Assembly: GCA_031288185.1 (NCBI GenBank)
Contig: JAITRZ010000014.1
Span: 17,091-81,090 of the forward strand
Origin: Coriobacteriales bacterium
GTDB lineage: Bacteria; Actinomycetota; Coriobacteriia; Coriobacteriales; UBA8131
Length of the DNA stretch: 64,000 bases
Direction: 5' to 3'
Positions within the stretch are counted from its first letter, which is position 1, and every line of letters starts with the position of its first letter. Made by a program: the position numbers and the translations under genes. Under the pieces are notes generated by a model. That model ran no database searches and had not been told where the DNA came from. It saw only the letters and a list, made by a program, of their open reading frames with translations. This document shows positions 10,091 to 20,013 of the stretch, one piece after another.

Positions 10091-10648
10091 ATGGGCAATC
10101 CAGAAACAAACCCAGAGACAAAGGCTGAGAACACGCAAAACCGGCAATCTCAAGAGATTCTGCACGATGCGTCTCGCCATATCAGTATTCGACTGGCTCA
10201 GGCCGGTGATGAGAACTTCATAGTAGAGATGGTCAGGCAGCTTGCCCAACACGAGCACTCGTTGCAAGAGGTCAACGCCACGGCAAAACAACTGCATGAC
10301 ACATTGTTTGTGGGCGGAGAAGCAGAATGTTTGATCGGAATGCTGAACGGTGTCGATTGCGGCATAGCTCTGTTTTTTCGCAACTTTTCTAGCTGGGAGG
10401 CAACGTCCGGGCTCTTTTTGGAAGACCTGTTTGTAAAGGAACAGGCCCGTGGTCACGGCCTGGGCAGAGCACTGCTCAAGGCCCTGGCCCAGCTGGCCAA
10501 AGAGCGCGGCTACGCTCGCATTGAGTGGGCGTGTCTGGACTGGAATGAGCCCAGTCTGCGTTTTTATAAAGGTATAGGAGCCCAGGTTCGCAAGGAATGG
10601 ATTTTGCACCGCCTGGACAAAAGTGGCATCGATCAGCTTTTAGCATAG
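10091..10648 (+). CDS. GNAT N-acetyltransferase (SSAT/diamine acetyltransferase-like)
   Basis: LFLEDLFVKEQARGHGLG acetyl-CoA motif; WACLDWNEPSLRFYKGIGA. Confidence 0.9.
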   Translation: MGNPETNPETKAENTQNRQSQEILHDASRHISIRLAQAGDENFIVEMVRQLAQHEHSLQEVNATAKQLHDTLFVGGEAECLIGMLNGVDCGIALFFRNFSSWEATSGLFLEDLFVKEQARGHGLGRALLKALAQLAKERGYARIEWACLDWNEPSLRFYKGIGAQVRKEWILHRLDKSGIDQLLA

Positions 10649-10698
10649 GAAGAAGCAGGGCCGCGCGCAGGCGGTCTCAGTTCTGACCTGTTTACCCC

Positions 10699-12090
10699 TC
10701 ATAACACGGCGTAATCAGCGATCACTTTTTCCAAGCTCACCCCAGAAGCGAGCATCCGCAGCATCCGCTGCGCTGGATTTTCCAGGCGTTCAGCTCGTTC
10801 AAACAGGCAGTTTAGATAGACTTCCTCACCCAATCCGCGCTGCTCAAGCCCGCCACGGGCCACCTCCAGGACAGACAACAGCAATGAGCGCAGCGCATTG
10901 CGGTTGATAAACTGTGGCCACTGCTCGCATACTAACAACGCGCGCAGCTCTGCGTGAGTAAAGCCCTGGCCAAAAAGCACGGTATCAGCAGTAAGCAATT
11001 CTTTTAGATGTTCCGTCTGCTCCTTACCCATCAACCCCAGATGAAAGGCCGCGACGCTCATGGCGTCGCGCACCGGCTGACAACAACAACTGCGCCATTC
11101 AATGGTGCCTCTAAAGGTTAAGTCCGTAAATTTATAGCTGCGCAGATAGTTCAGATCGTCGCGCTCAGGCATAAACTCCATCTGGTGGTAACTGCCCAGC
11201 GCAAAGTATTCGCCGCTGATGTGAGGTTGTGCAAAATAATCAACGATGGGTAACGGCAAAAAGGTAAGGTACTTTTCCTGGCGTCGCGCGCAGTAGATAC
11301 TCAAGCCTGAAAGATAGGATAAAAGCTCAGTAGGCGTTGCCGGCAGCTGCTCAAAGGAGCCGACATTATGAGGATTATAGCCTTGCATACTGTTGGCCCA
11401 CAAGAAATCACGCCCGCAGAGGTACTGAACGCCAGCGTCGTAAAAAGGTGAATTGGCAAACAGCACCGCCTTTAGGGGTTCCAGCAGGTTGTGGACAACC
11501 AATGTTGGCACCAGCTGTTCAAAGCTAACGTCGCACTGTATTTGTGAAGCGCTGGTAAACATGCCGTAGTTGTAGTAGTGATGCAGATAGCGCGGCAGCT
11601 TTATGGTGGCGGCCTTACTCAGGTGATGGTATAGCATCCGATAGCGCGCAGTTGGTATGGGCTGATGATGGTTTACGCGATAGCGCGGGTTGATGCCCAT
11701 GCCGGTTAAGCCGTGCCCGTGGCGACCCAGAAATTCCTGAGCTACGCAAAAATAGCGCTCAAAGCGCCGCAGAACCTGGTGCAGGTCGTCTGTCCGGCCA
11801 AAACTGAACTCTAGATTGTTGTAGGAACAGTCATACGACAGCACATCACCGGTTTGCGGCGAGTGCACGCTAAAGGTGTTTCCGTAACTGTCCAGTGCCG
11901 CTCTTTGTAAGCCAGCCTTGGTGAGGAAATGCTCAGTCAGGGCATGTACGACCGTAAAATCCACTGCCGCCCCACTTTGGTTGACAAGTGGCATTTCCAA
12001 CTCTACGCCAGTAAAGAGTGGTCGCAGCCGTCGTGTTGGCTCGATAAACCGCTGCCAAAGCATGTCCAAAACCTGCTGCCTGTTCAACAC
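10699..12090 (-). CDS. Glutamate--cysteine ligase family (GCS2/GshA-like) protein
   Basis: GVELEMP, SYNNLEFS, GMGINP, SASQIQCD, LFANS, RGTIEWRS motifs. Confidence 0.8.
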   Translation of the reverse strand: MLNRQQVLDMLWQRFIEPTRRLRPLFTGVELEMPLVNQSGAAVDFTVVHALTEHFLTKAGLQRAALDSYGNTFSVHSPQTGDVLSYDCSYNNLEFSFGRTDDLHQVLRRFERYFCVAQEFLGRHGHGLTGMGINPRYRVNHHQPIPTARYRMLYHHLSKAATIKLPRYLHHYYNYGMFTSASQIQCDVSFEQLVPTLVVHNLLEPLKAVLFANSPFYDAGVQYLCGRDFLWANSMQGYNPHNVGSFEQLPATPTELLSYLSGLSIYCARRQEKYLTFLPLPIVDYFAQPHISGEYFALGSYHQMEFMPERDDLNYLRSYKFTDLTFRGTIEWRSCCCQPVRDAMSVAAFHLGLMGKEQTEHLKELLTADTVLFGQGFTHAELRALLVCEQWPQFINRNALRSLLLSVLEVARGGLEQRGLGEEVYLNCLFERAERLENPAQRMLRMLASGVSLEKVIADYAVL

Positions 12091-12201
12091 CGACCTCTCA
12101 CCTCCTCTTCTGCTGTGTTGCCTGTAGTCAGGAGTGTTCGTGCGTCTTGTCCCGGTAATGTCACCCCCGTAAAAGGCAGCTTGCTGTCTGTCGCACGGGG
12201 G

Positions 12202-13071
12202 CTAAAGGGCAGCAAAATCCTGATAGAGATAGCGGGTGTCCTCCTCATTGTCAAAGTATTCATGTGTGTGAGGCTGTCCCTGGCGAATCAGGCGACCCTG
12301 GCGGTAGGCAAAGGCGGTACAAAGCGGCAGATCTTCCCAGCAGGGTAGGACAGGGGATGTATGCGGCTGTGTGGAGCGCCGTCCAGTCTGGGGATGTTCG
12401 GGTGCGCGCTCGTCTGCTGAGGTTGCTACCTGCGCGGGAATTGAGGTCAGTGCCGAGGTGCAGAACAGCGCGCAATCGGCACAGTGCAGTAGCCTGATGG
12501 CGTTTTTATAGTTCGCGTGCAAGAAGAACTGCTCACCGTCAAAGACAATCAAATTGAGGCAGGCACCCACTGAGATCTCACGTGTCAGCCGCTCAAAGAC
12601 CGCAAAGCGCTCAGCGGCTGTCAGCTCTGTCGCCTTGTTTGCTCCTGCTCTGTTTATCTGATCGATCAGATAAAGCAGTATGCGCTCGCTGTCTGTGGAA
12701 CCCTGTTGCAGGGTGAAATAGGGATCCAGAGGCGAGTAGTCAAAAACAGTCCCCTTATGGATCAGCGTCCATTTCCGACCGCTGGCATCCGCAGCCACAA
12801 ACGGGTGGCAGTTGTCGAGTTCTATCTGACCTACCGTTGCCATGCGAATGTGCACCAGGGCGTTCGCCAATGTCAGGGGCTGCGCCAACAGTTGGCTGGC
12901 CAGCGTGCTGCGGTTGGCGGGTTCGGGACAGCGCAGCAGTTCTGTTTGCGCTCCGGAAAAGTCTGCAAAGCCCCAGCCATGTGGGTTTTTGTTGGCATGG
13001 GTAAAAAACTCGCGCACCATCTCAGTGGCAGTGATGCCGTGCGTCGAACTTATGCAAAACAGCTGGCAGAT
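12202..13071 (-). CDS. Class II glutamine amidotransferase (EgtC/YafJ-like), possibly decaying
   Basis: CQLFCIS N-terminus, NPHGWG, HIRMAT, NCHPF, GSTDSE. The codon before the catalytic Cys is ATC rather than ATG, and HNG reads HKG. Confidence 0.8.
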   Translation of the reverse strand: MCQLFCISSTHGITATEMVREFFTHANKNPHGWGFADFSGAQTELLRCPEPANRSTLASQLLAQPLTLANALVHIRMATVGQIELDNCHPFVAADASGRKWTLIHKGTVFDYSPLDPYFTLQQGSTDSERILLYLIDQINRAGANKATELTAAERFAVFERLTREISVGACLNLIVFDGEQFFLHANYKNAIRLLHCADCALFCTSALTSIPAQVATSADERAPEHPQTGRRSTQPHTSPVLPCWEDLPLCTAFAYRQGRLIRQGQPHTHEYFDNEEDTRYLYQDFAAL

Positions 13072-13557
13072 GACCCGTATCTCCTTCAATTCCTGACCAA
13101 GACGGCACCTGTGCGCCGCGCCTTCAGCTCAAGGCTGGTGCGGCTCACACGGTTAAGAAGCAGTGCCATCAGCGTGTGTAGGTTTCCACTGGAGATCCCC
13201 GTGCAGGATTTTTGTCCAGGATTTGGCCGGGGATTTCTGCCAGGGGCTCCCATTCACCTGTGCGAAGCCCAATCAGTATAGTTAGTAGATAAGTTTAACA
13301 TGTTTTAAGCGCCAGGTCATCCGCAGCCTAAGCAAGCAACCAGCAAACAACCAGACAACAATGAGCGAACCGATTGTGGCGAAAAAGCCAAACGTGAGCC
13401 TTTGAGCGTTCCTTTGGGCGCGTCCAGCCCTCTTAAAAACAAACAAGGAACAAGACATGGCAAGAATTCTGCACCAATCCCTCAGCGCGTTCAACCCTGT
13501 CAAAGGCAAACAGGTAACCGGCGCGTTAACCCTTGCGCGTGTCCGGCCCGTTTAAGG

Positions 13558-14109
13558 TCATTTGGGCAGGAGAAAAGCCAGCACGGCAGGCCAGTCTGGA
13601 AAGCGCTCACTGCCAAATTTAAGCCAGAGACCAGAAAAGCGCACTACGCCATGTTTATTGCGGTCATCAATCAGATAGTCGCCGCAAAAGGTACCCTTAT
13701 CGTGCGTCAGGTTGATGCGCTTGTAGAAGGGGCTTTCGCGATCTGAGCCAAAATGGCGAAAAATCCAGTATACCTTGTCGCTCCAGGCGCTGGGGTTTTC
13801 CCAAGGTGCTGTAGAAAGGATATGGCATTCATACTGCCGCGCAAGCGCCTTGACAGCGGTGAGGGCACCGGGCATTGGGCACAGGCGAGCAAAAATGCCC
13901 GGCACGTTTTTTAACTGACCACCGGCCGCCTCCAGTTCTGCCGGGCTAACCAGGGCATAGCCGCCGGTATAGTCAACCAAAACGTCATCCATATCAAAGA
14001 AAATGGTCTTGCGATCATCCTGAGCGGCAACAGGAGCAGGGGCAGGACAGATATTGTCCTTGGCTCCGACAGGTTCAGTTGTTGTTAGTGGGTGGTCTGG
14101 GGTATCCAC
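13558..14109 (-). CDS. 5'(3')-deoxyribonucleotidase, NT5C/HAD family
   Basis: FFDMDDVLVD, ILSTAPWENPSAWSDK, GDYLIDDR motifs. Confidence 0.85.
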   Translation of the reverse strand: MDTPDHPLTTTEPVGAKDNICPAPAPVAAQDDRKTIFFDMDDVLVDYTGGYALVSPAELEAAGGQLKNVPGIFARLCPMPGALTAVKALARQYECHILSTAPWENPSAWSDKVYWIFRHFGSDRESPFYKRINLTHDKGTFCGDYLIDDRNKHGVVRFSGLWLKFGSERFPDWPAVLAFLLPK

Positions 14110-14322
14110 GGTTGCTTTACGGCACCTCTCTTACAGGTATCTGTCGGTCACGTCCTCGCCAGATGATAGGGCATCCCCTTGCGGGTGTCTGCCAGCTGCC
14201 ACTTATAGGAGTGTGCAGGAGGCGGAACCCCCCCCCCGTTGCGGATATCTGCTACCGGTCACAGCAGCGAGCGGTAGGGTGGCTGAGGCTGGCGAGCCGT
14301 AGGGTGGCGCTTCGGACTCTCC

Positions 14323-14396
14323 TGGCTGGGGCAGAGGGAGTCGAACCCCCACTAGCGGCACCAAAAACCGCTGTCCTACCATTAGACGATGCCCCA
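14323..14396 (-). tRNA. tRNA-Gln (anticodon TTG)
   Basis: Reverse complement TGGGGCATCGTCTAATGGTAGGAC...GCGGT-TTTTGGT-GCCGC...GGTTCGACTCC...GCCCCAGCCA. Confidence 0.95.
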
Positions 14397-14739
14397 ACGC
14401 AGCTCCAGGATTTTATGACAGTTTCCGTCTCTTGTCCAGCCAGCATTTTTCTTCGCCGCCGCTTCGCTGCTGGTCGCGTGACAGGAGCTGACCTACCACT
14501 CTGTCGCATATCCCGCAGTTGGGCCCGTCAACAGGTACCGCTCACACAAAACGATTTCTGTAGAAAAATCTCACCGCCATTTCTGTAGCCTTGTTGTAGA
14601 ATACGATAGCAACAAGGCTGTACTGGACGGCTCGCAAGCTGCGATTTTGCGCTAACCGGCAGCCCTGTGCGCACGTATCAGCCTTGTACCCGTATTGTCC
14701 GGGGCTCAGTTTAGTGCTTAACGGATTTGGATGATAGTT

Positions 14740-15096
14740 ATGACTTCAGAAACACCGGTGGAGGGTATCGACTACCAGGCAGGACTGGCTCAGTATCAGT
14801 TAGAGCGCGTTTACCATCGCATTCTGACAAGCTACGCGCGAAGCGTACCTGACCTGCTTAACAAACTTGCGGCGTTTGTGCCTGAGGAGCTTCAAGATTA
14901 CATCACCACTGTGCACGGCCTAAAGGGGGCCAGTTACGGGGTACAGGCCAATCATATTGGCGACCTGGCCAGGGATCTGGAACTTGCGGGCAAACAGGGG
15001 GATCTCAACTTCATCAGAGAACACAATCAACATCTGCTTGATGAAACAAATACCCTGCTGAACCGCCTGCGCGTCTATCTGGACTCTGAAACCTGA
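14740..15096 (+). CDS. Stand-alone Hpt (histidine phosphotransfer) domain protein
   Basis: YITTVHGLKGASYGVQA...LARDLELAGK matches the HxLKG Hpt motif; start could be 14731 or 14740. Confidence 0.85.
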   Translation: MTSETPVEGIDYQAGLAQYQLERVYHRILTSYARSVPDLLNKLAAFVPEELQDYITTVHGLKGASYGVQANHIGDLARDLELAGKQGDLNFIREHNQHLLDETNTLLNRLRVYLDSET

Positions 15097-15200
15097 AAGC
15101 CACGACATCGTGTCATCCACAATTCTGCCATCCACAATTCTGCTATCCGCAGTACCGTCCGGCGCGCAGTTTTTGTAGAGCGTGAGACGACCCATCGCCG

Positions 15201-16235
15201 ATGCCTGAAGGAGACACCGGCACGTTTATTGTCCTGCCCCAGGTTGACTCGACCAACAACGAAGTGCGCAGACTTTTGGATGGCTGGCTACCAAAGACGC
15301 CCTCGTCATCTCTTCCCAACAAGCGGCAGTCCTGTCCCGTGCTCCTGCCTGAGCTGGTGGTGAGGGCTTCGTGCCAAAGCGCGGGACGTGGGCGATTGGG
15401 GCGCGCCTGGAGTTCACCTGAGGGCGGTCTCTACTTTTCATTAAATCTGGGGACGGTTGATGATGCCAATCGCCAGGCGGCCTTGAGCCCGCTGGTGGCA
15501 TTGGCGGTGCGACGGGCTCTGGGTAACTGCATAGGGTGGCAAACCACCAGCACCCAAAAAACGGCGAGCACCCAAAAAACCGCCAGGCGACAAACGGCTT
15601 CTGTTCTCCAGGAGGTCGCTCTCCACACAGCAGCTACCACCCCAATAGACGCTGAGGCCCACAAAGATGCTGTCAGGCGCTCAGGTGCCCCTCTGCTACA
15701 CATCAAATGGCCCAATGACATTATGGGCGCGCGTGGTAAACTGGCTGGCATCCTGATTGAGGACTATCGCCGCGCCAACCTGGACTGGCACTGTGTTATC
15801 TGCGGAATAGGCGTTAACGTTTATCGCCCAGGACAGGATGCGCAGCAAGCGACGGCACACGACAGCACCTTCAGCTCACCTGATACCAGCGCCGCGCCTG
15901 CTTCTCCTGCGGCCGCTTCGACTGTCTATCTGCAGGAGATGGCTAACCGCAATCTTAAACTGGAAGAGGTGGCCGCAGAATGCGTGTTTCAGATTCGCTC
16001 GTATCATGCCCTCTGGCTGGCGGCTGGAGGCGATTTTGCGCCCTTCCAGGATGAATACAACGCGTACCTCAGCCTGCACGGTCACGTTGTCACCGTGAGT
16101 GACCCTACCGGCCAGCCCCTGGCTTCAGGACGGGTGCTTGGGGTGGATGGGCGCGGATTCTTGCTGTTGGAAGACGGATTTGGTAAGGAGCGGGCCGTGT
16201 TGAGTGGTGAGGTCACCCTGCGGCGTCCAGTGTAG
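15201..16235 (+). CDS. birA: Biotin--[acetyl-CoA carboxylase] ligase lacking an N-terminal HTH
   Basis: VDSTN, QSAGRGRLGRAWSSP, IKWPNDI, KLAGILIE, GIGVN and C-terminal SGEV; contains low-complexity inserts. Confidence 0.9.
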   Translation: MPEGDTGTFIVLPQVDSTNNEVRRLLDGWLPKTPSSSLPNKRQSCPVLLPELVVRASCQSAGRGRLGRAWSSPEGGLYFSLNLGTVDDANRQAALSPLVALAVRRALGNCIGWQTTSTQKTASTQKTARRQTASVLQEVALHTAATTPIDAEAHKDAVRRSGAPLLHIKWPNDIMGARGKLAGILIEDYRRANLDWHCVICGIGVNVYRPGQDAQQATAHDSTFSSPDTSAAPASPAAASTVYLQEMANRNLKLEEVAAECVFQIRSYHALWLAAGGDFAPFQDEYNAYLSLHGHVVTVSDPTGQPLASGRVLGVDGRGFLLLEDGFGKERAVLSGEVTLRRPV

Positions 16236-16374
16236 CGCGTGGCTTTGCCACGTCAACCTTTGCCACGTCAACCCCACAATTTGTTGCCAAAATCCTCTTT
16301 GAGCTGAATCTTAGGATTTGCTCATGTCCAAGTGCGCTACAATCAATTATCTTGAGAATTGAGGTTATACCACC

Positions 16375-18126
16375 ATGCCTAAAGACCCTTTGGCAGATGG
16401 GCCTGAAAACGACCCGCCACAGCATATGTCCACTCACACAAATTCGCATTCTGCCCCTGCGCCTGCCGTTCCAACTGACGATGCGCGTCAGAGTGCTGTC
16501 CCTGCATCTGCCCCTTCTCAAAACGCGGCTACCCCTCTGCCAGCGGAAACGGCCGTTTCTTCCGCTGCTTCTTCGCAGTCACCCTCTCCCTACCTAAGCA
16601 AAGCCCACTGCGAGCCTGATCCAAATCTTGTTGTGGATCCCCGGGCTGATGAGGATTACACGCCAGATGAGCCGGTCTCCAAGCGCGGCCTTCAGTACAC
16701 AAAAAAGCAGGATCAGGTAGATAGGATGGGAACCGCCAAGCTGGGGCGACTGATCCTTGAGTTTGCCATTCCTTCAATTGTGGGTATGGTCATCAACGGT
16801 TCCTATAACGTTATTGACTCAGTGTTTTTGGGCTTGAAATTGGGCGAGACGGGCCTGGCGACCATTACGGTAGCCACACCCGTGATGACCATGTCGATGG
16901 CTGTGGGCGTATTGGTTGGCGCCGGAGGCAATGCTCTCGCGGCCATCAAGCTAGGCGAAGGCAAGCGTGATGCCACTGAACGCGTATTGGGTAACGCCTT
17001 TATCCTGACCATTGCACTGGCCCTGTTTTGTACGCTGGCCGTGCAACTGTTCATGGATCCGGTGCTGCACCTATCCGGCTCCACCCCAGAGGTTCACGGC
17101 TCTGCCCACACCTTTATCAGCGTCTTTTCCCTTGGCTTCATCTTGCAATTTTTTGGTATGGGATTTAACAATTTTATCCGTACTGCCGGCGACCCTAACA
17201 GGGCTCTGTATACCATGGTCATTGGGTTATTGGCGGGGATTGCATTTAACTATCTGTTTGTGATGGTGCTCAATATCGGCATTTTAGGCTCGGCCCTGGC
17301 CACGGTCATCGGCCAAGGTGTCACCGCCGCTACCGTTTTTTATTACTTTGCCTTTTCAAAAAAGGCCCCGTTTAAGCTGCGCCGGCCGGCCTTTCAGCTT
17401 AGTTTGCGCCTGATGGCCAATATCTGTGCTTTGGGCTCGGCATCGTTCTTTTTGCAGGCGGCGATGGTTGTGCTTAATCTGATCCTGAACAACCAACTGG
17501 TACTCTACGGCGCCACAGACCCCATAGCTGCCCCTGGCGCTCTGGCAGCCTTTGGCGTTATGCAGCGCATCGCCATGTTTTCATTTTTGCCTATTCTGGG
17601 TATATCGATTGCCGTGCAGCCAATTATGGGCTATAACTTTGGCGCCCATTCTTATGACCGCGTCAAACGCGCCTTTAACATCTCTTTAGCCTGGGTTAGT
17701 TCCTTTGGCGTTTTCTTCTGGCTGATACTCCACCTTTTTCCCCATCCTATTGTGGCCATGTTTGGGGTGGAGGCAGGGCTGTATGACTTTACCATCAAGG
17801 GCACGCAGATACAGATGTTCATGATGCCGTTAGTTGGCCTCCAGGTGCTTGTGGCCGGTTATTTTCAGGCTACAGGCCAACCTCTTAAGTCTATGTTTGT
17901 TTCCCTGACGCGTCAGCTGCTGTTTCTGGTGCCCCTGCTCTACCTGCTGCCCATGTTGCTGCCACGCCTTTTGGCGGTTAGCTCCCTGCAGTCGCTGTAC
18001 TATACGTACCCCATCGCTGATCTGCTATCTATTGTGACATCTGGCAGCATGATTCTTGTAGAATGGCGACGCTTAGATCGACTGTCTCAGCCTGCCAAAA
18101 AGCACCATCCTGCCGCCGCTGGTTGA
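16375..18126 (+). CDS. MATE family efflux transporter (MepA-like) with long Pro/Ala/Ser-rich N-terminal extension
   Basis: FAIPSIVGM...YNVIDSVF, GILGSALATVIGQ, QPIMGYNFGA, FQATGQP motifs. Confidence 0.9.
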   Translation: MPKDPLADGPENDPPQHMSTHTNSHSAPAPAVPTDDARQSAVPASAPSQNAATPLPAETAVSSAASSQSPSPYLSKAHCEPDPNLVVDPRADEDYTPDEPVSKRGLQYTKKQDQVDRMGTAKLGRLILEFAIPSIVGMVINGSYNVIDSVFLGLKLGETGLATITVATPVMTMSMAVGVLVGAGGNALAAIKLGEGKRDATERVLGNAFILTIALALFCTLAVQLFMDPVLHLSGSTPEVHGSAHTFISVFSLGFILQFFGMGFNNFIRTAGDPNRALYTMVIGLLAGIAFNYLFVMVLNIGILGSALATVIGQGVTAATVFYYFAFSKKAPFKLRRPAFQLSLRLMANICALGSASFFLQAAMVVLNLILNNQLVLYGATDPIAAPGALAAFGVMQRIAMFSFLPILGISIAVQPIMGYNFGAHSYDRVKRAFNISLAWVSSFGVFFWLILHLFPHPIVAMFGVEAGLYDFTIKGTQIQMFMMPLVGLQVLVAGYFQATGQPLKSMFVSLTRQLLFLVPLLYLLPMLLPRLLAVSSLQSLYYTYPIADLLSIVTSGSMILVEWRRLDRLSQPAKKHHPAAAG

Positions 18127-18192
18127 CCTGTCACCTCTATAAGGCGGGCAGAGACCTCACCCGCCAAAAACCTCACCTGCCCGGCCTGCCCG

Positions 18193-18891
18193 TTACCCTT
18201 CCCTTGCTTTGCTGATGGTAGGCTCGTGGTAACGATTCTGAGTCCAGGTTACCCCCTGGGTCATGAGCGCCCAGGCGGCCTCAGCGCACCGGCTGGCCCC
18301 CAGGTGCAGTTCTTCCAGATCCAGGCCGCTTAGGCGCTTAAGCACATACGTGCTGGCATCCATCTGACCTGGTGGTTTCCCGATGCCATATTTCAAGCGT
18401 AGAAAATCAGGGCCAATGGCGGCAATGATGTCGCGGATGCCATTATGACCGCCAGAACCTCCTCCTTGCCTGATGCGAATGGCATCCGGAGGCAGGTCAA
18501 GGTCATCGTGAATCACGAGCATATCCTCAAGCGTGAGGTCATAGTGCTTGAGCAGGGCGCGTACGGCCCGCCCAGAGTGGTTCATCATGGTTTGCGGCTT
18601 AGCCAGAATAAGGGGTGAGACAAGCACGGCGTTCGCGATGGTGAACTGTTGCGGTGGTTGCTCGGGCGCTTCTGAGATTGTTTGCGCGCAGTTGCCGTCT
18701 GATGTTGCGGCTGTGACCAGGACATCGGCCTGATGTGGCATGTCAGCCTCAAACACCAGAGATTTACCCAGGAGGTGCCAGTGGCCCTTGGTGTCAAGCC
18801 GTTGTGCCAGCTGCTCCAGCGCCAAAAATCCGATATTGTGCCGAGTGGCCGTATATTCTGCCCCCGGATTTCCCAGTCCTATAATTAACAT
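18193..18891 (-). CDS. pth: Peptidyl-tRNA hydrolase
   Basis: IGLGNPG..Y..TRHNIGF, KPQTMMN, IHDDLDL, GGHNG motifs. Confidence 0.95.
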   Translation of the reverse strand: MLIIGLGNPGAEYTATRHNIGFLALEQLAQRLDTKGHWHLLGKSLVFEADMPHQADVLVTAATSDGNCAQTISEAPEQPPQQFTIANAVLVSPLILAKPQTMMNHSGRAVRALLKHYDLTLEDMLVIHDDLDLPPDAIRIRQGGGSGGHNGIRDIIAAIGPDFLRLKYGIGKPPGQMDASTYVLKRLSGLDLEELHLGASRCAEAAWALMTQGVTWTQNRYHEPTISKAREG

Positions 18892-18989
18892 GTTACACAG
18901 CTACCTTTTCTTAAGCAGATACCGGTTCTGCTATCTTCTGCGAAGCTAGGGGAGCGTGTTTGCAACACCTTAGTACCCCCTCAGTACCT

Positions 18990-19964
18990 CTAAATGGCAA
19001 ATTCAGGATCAAACAGCTCACTAACTGAGGTATTGTTAAAAACGCTGTTGATAGCCTGGGCCAGAAGAGGCGCCACACTCACCACCTTGATCTTGTCGTT
19101 TTGATGTTCTGGCGGTACCGGTACGGTATCGCCAACCACTATGGACTTAACGTTTGCGTTATTGAGGCGCTCATAGGCCGGGCCGGAAAACAGCGCATGG
19201 GTGGCGCAAACATAGATGTCACCTGCGCCTTGAGCTTCTAACGCGCTGATGCCAGAGGCGATGGAACCCGCGGTGTCAATGATGTCATCATTAATGATGC
19301 AGGTTCTGCCGCGCACCTTGCCGATGACGTTTGTTATTTCGGCCTCATTATGGGCGGGGCGAGATTTGTGCATGATAGCCAGATCCCCCTTTAGCAGATC
19401 GGCTAGTTTCTTGGCCGCCTTGGCCCGGCCAACATCGGGAGAAACCACGCAGACATCGGTCAATCCAATATCATTAAAATAGTTAGCAAAAATGGGAAGA
19501 GCGGTCATATGGTTAACAGGAATGTCAAAAAATCCCTGAATCTGGCCCTGGTGCAGGTCAATGGTGATGACACGGTCAACGCCGGAAACCGCGAGCATAT
19601 CGGCAACGAGCTTGCCGGTAATCGGCTCCCTGGCCGCTGACTTTTTATCCTGGCGCGAATAGCCAAAATTTGTTATGACTGCGGTAATGGAATGAGCCGA
19701 GGCCCGTTTGGCGGCATCCACCATTATCAACAATTCCATCAGTGCGTCATTAACGCTGCCGCCTGGGTAGGAGGCCACAGATTGAATAATGAACAGGTCA
19801 GCGCCGCGTACACTCTCTTTGTAGCGGGCATAGATCTCGCCGTTGGCAAAGGTTTTGGTGGTGATTTCGCGGAGCTTCAGGTTTAGGATCGCCGCGATGT
19901 CTGCCGCCAGTTTGGGATTGCTGCGCCCGCTGAACAACATAATGTCTTTGGTTACCTGGGTCAT
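18990..19964 (-). CDS. prs: Ribose-phosphate pyrophosphokinase
   Basis: FANGE, YSRQDKK, DLHQGQIQGFFD, VSPDVG, DDIIDTAGS. Confidence 0.97.
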   Translation of the reverse strand: MTQVTKDIMLFSGRSNPKLAADIAAILNLKLREITTKTFANGEIYARYKESVRGADLFIIQSVASYPGGSVNDALMELLIMVDAAKRASAHSITAVITNFGYSRQDKKSAAREPITGKLVADMLAVSGVDRVITIDLHQGQIQGFFDIPVNHMTALPIFANYFNDIGLTDVCVVSPDVGRAKAAKKLADLLKGDLAIMHKSRPAHNEAEITNVIGKVRGRTCIINDDIIDTAGSIASGISALEAQGAGDIYVCATHALFSGPAYERLNNANVKSIVVGDTVPVPPEHQNDKIKVVSVAPLLAQAINSVFNNTSVSELFDPEFAI

Positions 19965-20013
19965 AGAACTCTCCCTGAGCGTTTATATTTGCTTTGTTAG
20001 CGGCCTGATGTTC

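Noticed and set aside
14228-14237. Poly-C tract (also a poly-G run near 26612) as a phase-variation site
   Set aside because: Intergenic, with no mapped promoter and no evidence of length variation.
15110-15150. 15-bp tandem repeats (CATCCACAATTCTGC; similar ones near 16243 and 25166)
   Set aside because: Two to three copies only; simple slippage duplications.
18892-18989. Absence of rplY (ctc) between prs and pth
   Set aside because: Gene order at this locus varies widely; not informative without the full genome.
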